Shown: piece by piece, positions 13,801 to 25,800 of the stretch | Numbering within the stretch: position 1 is the stretch's first letter | Layout of the letters: every line of letters starts with the position of its first letter | DNA from: Phoronis australis | Taxonomy: Eukaryota > Animalia > Phoronida | NCBI GenBank assembly: GCA_002633005.1 | Contig: NMRA01001152.1 | Span: 1-36,286 of the forward strand | DNA length: 36,286 bases | Reading direction: 5' to 3' | Position numbers and translations under genes: made by a program | The notes under the pieces: generated by a model | What the model saw: only the letters and a program-made list of their open reading frames with translations | The model's database searches: none | Told to the model about the DNA's origin: nothing

Positions 13801-16800
13801 CATTCGATTTGATGCGAGTCTTCCTTCTATTGCCTAACTGGACTTGGCTAGGGAAAACACTGAGCACTTTTATGAAATCGATAGTAACAAATGCAACTAC
13901 AGGCTGTAATGTGAGAAGCAATCACATTTTGGGAACATTCTTTGATTGTTCAGACTCAATAAAAAATGAAGGAAATGATAGTCGCCTTAGTTGAAATTTA
14001 CTCAACTGGTGGAAGTCATATATGTTGGCAGTGACAAAGGTCTTTACAGATGTACTCTACTCTTCATACACAACACACATCATTCAGTGAAGACCGACAA
14101 GATTTTTCAGTTACTGTACAAGGGAACAGTCGCATTTCCAAGCTTAGAAGACGCTTAAACATTGGTTTAAAATCAAAATGCATAGTGTTTATAAAAAGGA
14201 AACCCTTCGTCATATCCTTACCAATTGTTGCTATGAATGCCTTCGGGCTGTTGTAAGCATCGATATAGCTGGCGTTAATGTAGTCTGAGTTGGCATCGTG
14301 TGGCAGAGTTTCAAGCACAACACGGTTCTTGTCATCTACGAATGATAGTCCAGAAATAACTGCAGTATAACAGTCACTAATAGAGGCGAGGGTGTGTAAG
14401 TTAAAGGAAAAGTTTTCAAGTCTATCTTACTGAGCCGTCCTCTAATTCATTTCGTGGACACTACATTTCAGACAAGCTGACTCTATCGCATACTACTGCG
14501 TGGTTAATATCTCCCCCGAGATGCACGTTAGGTTCCAACAACCTTTATGTCACAAAACTGACAACGTGTTTGACGTGGGCGATCGTTTCTTGGTGTTGAT
14601 TAACTGGTACCACGTTAGTCGAATAAGCAGACTTTGTAATACGTTTTCAAGCTTGCTCCAGTACTTCAAGGTTAGAGTTTTCCATGGTACATTGAATTCT
14701 TTTTATTAGATTAAAGGGACCAAACCGTAATAAGGCTAAAACAAAATTTAGATATGTCTATTTTCAAAGCAGCTGTCACAGCCGACGTGGAAGCAGGTAA
14801 TGACGTGTGTCCCCTTCAATATAGAGAGCGACATGATCTGCACAGTGGCGGATCTATGATATCACAAGGGGGGCCCAACATTTTGTCTGGCTGTAAGCAT
14901 TTGCGCAAACTGAACCACGATTGTAGATGCGCATAGCACCGAATGGGGGAGGTCGGGAGGGGGGTTTGCTCAGGAAATTTTTCTGTTTTTACCTCTAAAA
15001 ATCAAGCATTTTCCTTGATTCCTGAAGTATTATCCAAGAAAAAAAGGAAGAAAAAAATACGGAGAACGCGTCCAACAGGAAAAAATGAACGTACCAAAGA
15101 CTCGAACTCACGACCCGAAGGAAAGAGAGCGCGTGCGTTACCACTACACCACCACGATTTAGCTACTGATACTATGATAAGAGGCCTTCTTGTTTATGGT
15201 CCACAGCGTTTGCGCGCGAAACCTACTTCTTTTCGTAATGCTTATTTTACGTTTTGTGTTTTGTGCCATGAATTCTTAACAAATTTGTCGTATTTAAAAT
15301 AGCCTTTAAATGCCCAAAAGACCAAATCCGTTTTTCGTGTTGGCAATAATGACGGGATTGCTTTGGAAATCGTCTTAAGATAAGGTTTGACAAAGAGAGT
15401 ATTGCGAGTTTCTGAGTGATTCATTAAGGCTTCGATTAAAATTCACATCTTACCAGCAGCTTCTGTTTTTTCATCGTCACTCAGGTTCCATTCTCTTTAA
15501 AAAATGAAGTAAATTTTCTTCATTGCACAGTGGAGCAGTCGACGAAAACGGAGTCGTAGTGCGCAGCGCCACTGCCGGTCGCCTGGGATATCGCGGGAGA
15601 GCCTATACTTAGCCATAGTTCCGTTACGAATGCGCNTTTTAATTACCGGGGTTAATTAATGAACTCACCATTTCCCTACGCTCTTACTGTTCTATTTTTT
15701 GCGGCAGCTAAGGTGGGGGACCCGGGCCCCCTGCCCCCCCCCCCTTAATCCGCCTATGCTGCAAGATGTATTTCTCTCAGATCAACAAAGTTATATTCTG
15801 GAGTAAGAAACAGTACACTAATACTACTGGTATATTTATAAATTACATGTCAAAATGTTCTTGAAGCGATTCTTCTTCTTGTTCTGTTCCTTGGAGCCGG
15901 CGTCATGTGGGAAGACGTGATCATTGGGTAGACTCTGTAAAATAGCAACTAATATACAACATCAGTTACAACACATGATTATCACAACAACGGTCATTTG
16001 AAGATAGCAGGAGAAAGATCCAAAAGTATTTCGTTCAGGAATCAATCACCAAATTACAACATAGAGAAGTGTAGTGGTTACTACAGATGGCACATGGACT
16101 TGAGTTTCATTAGGGTAAATGATATCTGCGCATCATTTAAGTTCTAAAATGTGATATTTCCGTTTTCTTGGGCTGTAATTCTCTCAAGTCGAAGCCCATT
16201 TCTTTCGATCGAAACCATTTGCAGTCGTTAAAAGTTATAGTCAACGCTCGCTGAGCAAAAGCTTTAAAGAGACAACATACATGTACACGTACATTGGTTC
16301 AATCTTTTACATTTTTACAAATGAAGTTAAGACAATTAGTGAGGCTGGGGAGCACATTTTCTATTTGCAAGTTGATCTTGTATTTGATGAATACAAAAAT
16401 AGCCCGAACAATTCGACCATCATTCCTAGAGAAGTAAAACCTTAAGGATACTTTTGTCGTTGGAACTGTTGAGAGTGACAGATTAAAAATACGTTGTGCA
16501 ATGTATGTTCTCCTTAGTTCGCAACAAATAGTGAAAACAAACGAGTGGGTGAACATGCAGTTTAACGAGAGGGCCCCACTATACCTCGTATTCTCTCACA
16601 ACTGTATCGTCACCGAAGACCCGCCCAACATACGACACTAAGTCTTCAATTTTGATAGGTTTGTTGAAATCTTCGTACACTGGCTCAGATGGGGGTGGGT
16701 GGGAATTTTGCGGACTTGAGTTCGCAAACGCCACATTCGCGTAAGCGTTGTTGCCACTATTGTCAACAGGCATTTCTGGAACGAGTGAGAAATATTTTAG

Positions 16801-19800
16801 ACATTCTTTCTGTGCTTTATAATTCAAGAAAATATCTAACTGAAGCAGGGAACTTTTCACAGTAGTTTTGTACGGGAAGTTGCACAAGTTACCTCTTTTT
16901 ATAGAGCCACCAGTAATGCCAGCCAAGCAATGTTTGTTGACATATTACAAAAAATAAACATTCAAATAGTTTATAAAAAGTTTCAAAGTACAAAAGTAAA
17001 ACATCTAACTTTGGAATGACCCAATTTTACGACAGGCATAGCAACACTTAATTGCTTACTCGACGGCAGGGTTTTCAAGAATTACGGTTAATTTCTAGAA
17101 AGAATTTTTCCCGAAAGCTGGGTAAATTCCTCCCAACAAAACACTTCTTGGTGAAATTCTAAACAAAGTTGTCCTCGTGAGTGTTAATCTAACATAAAGG
17201 AGAGATAAATGACGTTAAAATGTTTTCGGTTCATACTGACTAGGTACCTAAACTACACGACTAACGGATTGCAAAACACCATGTCTGACGCATAAAACAC
17301 GATTCACGTACCTGCAAAAACCGTTCACTGAATCAAATACAAGGGATCGGACTCACGATTCATTCACCCATCACTCATATTCACTTAGAAACACAATAAA
17401 CGGACCGCCAAACACGTTTTACGGAAAACATATAGAAATCGCCTTGACAGTCGTGTAATGGGTGCTAGATTAAATATAATTTTGATCATATGTTTGTCTG
17501 TAATGTGATGTAATTGCTGTGTATTAGAAACAATAAACATTGTCTTAACTGCTTATTTGTTCTAAAATTTATTGGGGTCCAAAACCTTTTTGTATCATCA
17601 ATTCTGAATATTGACATTGACAGTAGCGACTTCCGTTATCTTGCTTTCTTCTTCAAATAAAATGGATCGTTCGAACTCCGTAAAAAATCCTGCTGTTTGG
17701 CCAAAAAACACATTTTTAGGCAAAAGTGTTGCCAAAAACAGGGAATTCGATCAATGCCTTTCCTGAGTAGTAATGATCCTTTATTTTGCGCAACTTACCC
17801 GAGAAGACGATGGGAGTGAAACGTGTTTGGCAGTGTGTGTATCGTGTTTCTAAAGTGAATGCTAACAGCCATTATGAATGAATCGGTAGTCCTTAAAAGG
17901 ACTGTTGTAAATACGTTGATATCTGTTGACAAAGTTAATTGTGCAGTAGTCAATCAGTTTTTGAAATATCCGCCCAGCTTGACAACAAATTTAATGTGCA
18001 TGACGCTTCCAGATCTCCTTGTGGCACAGATGATCGTAACCAAGCTGGGTCAGCAGAAAACTCGGAGAAGGATGAAGACATTGACGTGCACTGAGTCCCT
18101 ATGGGCGTAGTTTTAGAGGTTTCATGACTTTGGCATTTTTCCTTACAGCTGTGTTTTTAAATTTTAACTTAAAAAATGCATAGTTGGTCAACGCTTTGTT
18201 CGTTTTCATAAAGTATAAATGCTCCACAAATTTTAACTCAATTTGTGACTAAAGTGGGCTTTTAAGACAAATTGTCGAATTAACTCTCCGCTATCTGGAC
18301 ACTTAATACCAGAAGCTTTAACACCAAATAAACGCGCATGGGTGATTGTTAGGCATAATTTTTCGAATAAACGCCCACGAGAATTTTATCGAGAGGGCTC
18401 ATCTGCGGAAAATCCAGGTAGTGAGTTTTTGATAACTGTTTCTCCTGTTTTCGAAACTTTGAAAAACGGTCATTGAACTCGAATTTGTTATGTGACTTCA
18501 CCAAACATATTCAAAATGGCAGAACACTTTTAATGTTACGGCTCACCTTCAGTACTGATACGATCCAACTGAACATCCGGGGACATCTCTTTTTTGATTG
18601 ACCGGCGACGTCTGAGAACACAGTGAAGTAAATTTCATAAATGTCGTTAATTAATCTTGTTAATCAAACTTTGAGCTTTAGCTTAACGAGTAATTGGATG
18701 TGTACATCTGCTCCCAAAAACAGTTTTTAAACTTTCTATATGACACAAGTTTGGCAAACAAAAATCAAAAATCCCCATTACACTAACTTCCCAATTTTTT
18801 AAACAATTATCAATTAATTTCAGTATTTGTATTCGAAGATCTATACTAAAGTTTTGAAAGATAAATCCTATTCACAGACGGAGATCAGTAGAATACACAT
18901 GGAAAAAACAAATGGAGGCAAGGTCCAGCTATGACGTACTATCGAACAGGTAGAAAATGAAACCAATACCTTGCGACTGAGAGCCTAACATGAGACAATA
19001 CTCACTTCCAGACCCTCTTACCTCAGGTAAACAAGAACCAAGATGACTGCTACAAATAAGAATGCTGCAACACCACCTCCAGCGCCACCTATCATTAATA
19101 ATTTTTCTTGTTTGTAGTTCCTTGCTGAAATTGTTGACAAAAACTTCATTCAGTGCAATATAAGGTAATGTCAGACACAACTAAGTACGCAATTACATCC
19201 AACATACGTTCGTAATGCCTTCAGTTTAGAAATGCTGTAACGTTCAGGATGATTGAACTTACTGTATGCAGACCTCGACATAACGAACTGCAGGTCGCAT
19301 TTGCGACCTGAAATTTGGAAATGCGAGCTGACATTTTTGTCAACTCGTATCAAGTCGCAAAATGCGACCTGGAATTTCCAACGAATGCGAGCTGACTTTT
19401 TACACTTCTCGGCAGATACCTGGCAAATATGAAGCAAATCTTGTTTATTCGACGTTATTTGGTTGTTGCCAAATCCAAGGAAATTATTTCTGTTTTTACC
19501 TTTAAAAATCAAGCATTTTCCTACATTCTTGAAGTATTATACAAGAAAAAAAGGAAAAGAAATAAAAAACACGGAGAAAGTATCAAACTTGAAAAACTGC
19601 AATTACCACAGACTCGAAGTCACGACCTGGCGTTTAGAGCGCGCGTGCTTTACCACTACACCACCACGAATTTCACTCGTAATTTTATACTAAGAGACAT
19701 ACTTGTTTATGGTTCACAGTGTTTGGGCGCGAAATCTACTTCTTTTTGTAATGTTTTAATACACTTTTTGTGCAATCAGTTCGTAACAAATTTGTTGTAT

Positions 19801-22800
19801 TTAAAATAGTCTTCAATTGCCCAAAAGACCAAATCCGTTATTTTGTGTTTGGCATTAATGACGCGATTGCTTTGGAAATCGTTTGACAAAGAGAGAATTA
19901 TGAGTTTCTGAGTTATTCACTAAGGCTTCGATTAAAATTCACATCGTACCAGCAGCTTCTGTTTTTTCAAGGTCACTCAGATTCCATTTTCATTAAAAAA
20001 TGAAGTAATTTTCTTCATTGCACAGTCAAGCAGACGACGCCCCTCCCCCTAAATCCGCTTAATGTATGGGTATGACAAGCAAACTAAATTAGCAGAACTT
20101 CTGAATAGCTCAGGTCGTTACTATTTAAGCTTATGAACTAATGTCAATCTGAAAATTACCTTCTAAATAACCGCCTGGAGTCAATTCTTTAATCGGGTAT
20201 ACTTGAAAATGTGTCTTCATCTCCTGAAGCAAGTGAACGTAAAGGTGTGATTAAAAGATGACAATTGGCTTTGTAAAATATGCTCAAGCACACGCCGTGT
20301 CCCTACACAGCAAACACGACTTCAGCAACGTCTAATGTTTTCGGAAAATACATAATCGATTCAATTACAGAACACTGTGTATACTCACGACATCATTCTG
20401 AACGATGACTCCCAAATGGAATCTGTATTTTTTGCCTTCTTCAAGCGCCACGTTTGTATAGTCTCCATAAACTTTTCCGTCTCCAATAATAAAGCTTTCC
20501 TTCGCAAGCACGTCATCAAGAGTCAGGTTAGCAGTTATGTAACGATAACTACCCTTAGCTCTTGCCTCCGAGAATCCTTTTAACGTTGACACGTCAATCA
20601 ACTCTGCGTATTTACGAGGGGCTCTCATTTCAACAACCATAAGGTAAAACCTGTTTAAGAGCATTTAAATTCAGTGACGTCATCATTCGGGATTATTGTT
20701 GGATGGTTTGGACTTTTTAAAATGTTGGCTTTGATCAGAGTTATAAAGCATTAATATCCGTCTTTGCTGTGATTTTTCATCAATTCCCGCCAATGTCTGG
20801 TAGACATTCGCTGAAACCTAGGCCTATGTCTGTGAGACGCCTCTACGGAAAGCAGCTCCTAGCAGAGCGAAAAGTTCTTGGAAATTTTCCCACAATGCCC
20901 TGATATGAAGACGTTTAACCCCAAACATGATGTGATTGTGTTTTGATATTTTTAGTCTTTCCACAAACCTAAACCAAATATGACGCTCTAGGTGTCGGTT
21001 TATCAAGGGACGAAATGTGAAAGGTCAACCTTTTATAGAGACTAGCAATGAGAGATTTCGTCAACATGGAACAGAGTTACCTGATGTCTTCTTTGTTTTG
21101 ATAGTCTTTTACAGGTACCACAGGGAGCGTTGCAGTGGTTGACGTCACTTCCTCCCTGTCTGTCTGTGGTAATTGAAACTTAGGAATGTCTGAAATGAGA
21201 AATTTAGCTAGCGTAAACAGACACTGATTATCTAGATTTGTTCACGTAGGCAATAGACAATTTGCGCGGAATCTGCCGAGGCAGACGCATCCACAAAAAT
21301 ACACAAAAATAAAAATTGAATAGCAGCCATTTTAGAAGAATAAAGCAAACAGAAGCTGCAAGCTGTAACGAGGCAATTAAACTTTATTTATTTCCACAAG
21401 ACATAAGTAACTCCATCTCCGTTGTTTTTCGAAATTCATGTGAAAACATTTTAACTTGAATAAGAGACCGTGTCTCTGTTTCATTAAAATGTTTTAAATT
21501 TTAGACATGTTTACTACATGTAAGAGTCTCATGACCAGTCATCAGTTTTGACGTACGTCTCCGTTTCATATTTTGTAGAAGTATCGTAAAGTTTCGATCA
21601 AGGCTCACGTCGTAAAGCATGTTTACATGTACATGCAATGACCACAAGAGCTTGATCGCGACCTGTGTGTGGCCAATTCCACCTCAGATTTTGTTTGTGG
21701 CCGGGTAAAAAATCGCCACGAAATCGCCACGCACACATTCGAAATACTACGGCAAAAAAGCAGACGTGAATAGAAATCGCTCATTAAAAAAAGGAAGGGG
21801 CCGTGTGGGAGTAATGCATCAGTGAGGCTTTGCACTGAGCATTCGAGTTCGAGAGAGCGAAATTTGCAGTCACCGGATACACGAACAGTTCTTGGGTGCC
21901 AAGCCAGACAATTACGGAATTCATCAGTTCTTCACCGAAAGTCTATCTTTTTCTCCATTTTAGGCTCCAGTCAACGAGGTTTGTTGACCTCAGCTACCGT
22001 TTAGCGAATATAGGTAAGAGCGCTTTAGGTTAGACGATGTTATGCTAAAAGTTGAGACCACATTATTTTTGACAAAATTTGTAACATACCAGACAAAGCC
22101 GTCCAACAATCTCTCGCTGCTGGCGGTCCAAATCCAACGGAAGTGCTCGCCTGCACGTGAAAGGTGTACCTCGTGCCAGGCTCTAGATCACGTACATCAA
22201 AGGTCAAGGTACTTGATCTCACAGTCTCAGATACTTGTCTTCCATTTTTCGGTGTCCATGAAATCTAGGAAATCGATAATAACCTTTTATATAGAATTAG
22301 TAAGCGTTGTTCCCTTGATTCTAACAATATCTAATGAGGTACGCACGTGTAGTCAACTGGAGCATTTGCATTTTTTGTGGCAGTTTGAAGGCACGATGAC
22401 TGTAAAGCAGTGAAAACAGTAGAAAACATCCCACTGTATTAAATCCGTACACGAATTTACAGAGCTGTCCACCAACTACCTGATCGCCGTCTAGCAACAA
22501 GGCGTATTTCATCATGTCGCCGTTATATCGGAGAATGGCAATATTTAATATGGTGATGAATAAACCACCAGTATGTTGAATATGCAGTCGGGTTATGCAG
22601 GTAAAGATTATTAGTCAGACGCCAATGTGGTCACTTACTAGCCACACGCCCATATGGTTACTTGTTAGCCAGACTTCCAAGGAGGACTGATGGATATTTG
22701 ATTTCACCCGAATGTAGAGTATGCATGTACACTGAGACTACCCTTATCCGGTCAATCCTGGTAGGCACTAATTACGGGGTGCATAAGGTGGTCATTTTGA

Positions 22801-25800
22801 GGGGATGGTAATAAAACTGGTCTTCCAAACACGGGGTGGCACTCATACCTGGCCGTGTGTTGATAGCAAGACCAAGAGCTGTGAAATAGGGCTACGAGAC
22901 CCATGTTAAAACTTTGTTTGGAAAATTGTAGTCAAATTACGTCCTATCCTTCGGCCTCATGTGAGGTTTGAGTGTTGCTAGTCCGAGTTGCTGAATTTGT
23001 CAACTTTTTAAAATCCCGGCATTATTCACACCATTGCATGCAAGGGATAAATATACCGAAACATACATTAACCAAACGTTGAGATCTCCCATCCCGTCTT
23101 TAGTCTCTTACACTGCACTGATACGTACACGTGCCAAATTTATTTTAAGAATGGTGAAAACGCGACCCAACGCATTACCCAGAACTTGAAAATTGCAGTC
23201 GATGTCAACGTCCCCACGGTCCCCTTGCTGAGTGCACCCGTACTCTCACTTTGAGGTATCACATCAAAAGTTGCACTACGTTTTATCAAAACTCAGTACA
23301 TCATTGGAAACTCTTCCGTTTCTCCCAGTGTTCGAAATTTTTGGCTTAAACTTCAGTTTAAAAAATCTGATACTTCAAATAGAGGGTTTTAAAATCAAAG
23401 ACGGCGAATTTAACGCTCGTTTTTTCTTGTTTACTGACAAAACACATTCTATCATTTTAGATAAAGAAAGGACATGAATCAAAAGCACGACCACGGGCAT
23501 TATTTAGGAGTAAAAAAGTTTGGTATGCTCGTGTTTTCAGCTCTTGATAAACCCACAAAAGTCGAAATATAGCTTAATGTGAAGCCATGAAGAGCGCAAC
23601 ATTCATAAGAAATGGTCATATTTCTTATTTTCAATAATACATGTTCAAATCCACCAAAATGCAAAACGCGGGCGTGTAAATTGCAAAATCAATGGCGGGA
23701 TATCCTGTTCGCACCAGCACCAGAAACCAGAAACTGACTTGATTTGCGATCCACGTTCAAGTTGTCAAATGTAGTGTAAAAATAAGTTACCATTTCTTCG
23801 TTGTAAATAAAAGCACCATTTATGTAAATGTTTGGCCATAAATCACGATAGACTACGTTACATTTTCCCAGAGCTCTGTGTAAATGAGATATCTATGCAG
23901 TTTCTTTCCTGCCTTATAAGGAGAAAACTCCAGTCTCTACATGTTTAAGATCTACGGTCATTCTGATCACGTGGCACACGTGCAAAGCTTATCCTGTTTC
24001 AGCATATCCTGTTCATTCAAAGGCACATAAAATGTGGTCTTGTTTACAAGGGATTTTAATTAGCTAATAGCTTTAGAATTAGAACACCACAAATTAGCAA
24101 AACGTACGTTGTATCGCGTCAAGTATCCGTTTTTTCGAGTAGGTTCCACCCATCCCACTGATATCGAGGTCTGTTCACGTGACTTGCAAATAACGTCGTT
24201 TGGCCTATCAGGAACTGGAAGTATAATGACGTCGTCAGTGACAGTGACAGTGGCAGTGTCGTGGCCAAAGGCAATAACTGTATTAGGGTGTTAATCCACC
24301 AATCACTCCTCATAAAGCAATATCATGCAGAGTCACTAAACCGTAACAGTGGGACATGCAAACTAGAGCTGTGCTGAAGGTTGGATGTGTAGTTCTGGGT
24401 CTTTATTCCATGTGTGTACTGGTTGAATTATATATGCCTGGTCATGATATTAAGTAATATCGAAACGTCGGTGTGAAGCACAGAGTCTTGTTCTTGGTAT
24501 TTTACTAACGACGATGGTTGAGAAAGACTGCATATTTCGAAACAAAATCGAATTCATTAACAGTGGGAATGTGTTATTTGAATGTTGTTACCACTCAGAA
24601 AAGATGCCAATGGTGCATCAGCAGATGTGAGAGCAAGCTTTTGATGAACTCGACCAAACAGAACTTAGTATAATTTTAAAACACGATGTGGCCAACAGGC
24701 GGCACGTCAGAGGTTATAATTCCAAAGCAGTCTCCCCCAAGCAATGGTGTCTACTTGCAGGCTCACAATAGTTAGAGACCAGGGGCCCGTTCCAAGAAAC
24801 TGACTTAAGTTCATTTTTGACTTAAGTCTAAGATTTGTCTTAATTTCCATACTTTGAAACTTCCACAACCGGTAAAATAGTTAAAATTAAGACAAAACTT
24901 TTATCAAAAACTTAATTCAAACTTAAAATCTCTTTCTTGAAACGGTCTCGAGACAAATTTAAGTTTTATCTTAAAATTTACTAAAACTTGAGATTTGTCT
25001 TACCTAAGTCAGTTTTGTTGGAACGGGCCCCAGTGCTAGCCAAATGAGCCGACTGTTCGACGCTTTGTTAAACAATGGTTTTCAAAGGTATTTGGAATGT
25101 TCTACCTTCACGGTAGTCAGGAAGCCGAGTCATAAAATAATCACTTCTTATGCCCACAAGAGCTTTTCGATATCAAATTTATCATTAAAAAGACTAATTT
25201 CAAAATGATTCCGTTGTCTGTTTCCCTTTCCGCTAATAGAAAACCCCGACGACTAGCCTCGTTCCGAACGGCAGTCAAATAAAACTAGGTCAGTAGGTGT
25301 GTTGAAAATGACGAATTAGGCTGGCTTACTTTTAAGGTTGTTTCTCAAATCAGGACATTAACTTTTCGGAAAATATGCTTTTAATAGAAAGGCGTGCAAC
25401 ACAGATTCTTGCGGTATAGGTAGATGGGTTCGACAACACTGGCGACTTCTTTTGTCACCCGATGTTTTTTTACGTGCAGTGGCACCCACTTCTTTATTTT
25501 GGTTCACTTGGGAAACACAACTACCTCAGGTAACGTTTTGGTTAGCAAAGGTTTAGGCAACAGTTTTGTCCCTTCTAAGACGTGTTGTTAATAGTTAAGT
25601 GTCTACTTGAACAAAATCTCAAAAATAGTATAATCTCACCTCCTTCCTCAATTGTTTCATATACAGAGTTACTCCATGAACCCCATTCGCTGGTTTTTGC
25701 CCGAATCTGGAAAACATCAAACGTTATGTAGGAAACACCTCCGAGGCGAGATCACCGCTGTATCTCCAATACGATGGACAAGTCTGCATGTCCGCTGCCC

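Noticed and set aside
14841-14847. CACAGTG as a RAG/Transib heptamer
   Set aside because: It arises from overlap of the CTGCA TSD with the CAGTGG terminus; no matching CACTGTG at the other end and no nonamer.
15091-15156. Functional tRNA gene
   Set aside because: No intact acceptor stem and the anticodon region differs between the two copies; treated as tRNA-derived repeat.
11405-15636. Single N bases at 11405 and 15636
   Set aside because: Assembly ambiguities in or next to repeats; they do not affect any exon.
17060-17094. 35-nt candidate juxtamembrane micro-exon
   Set aside because: Not a multiple of 3 and has an in-frame TGA.
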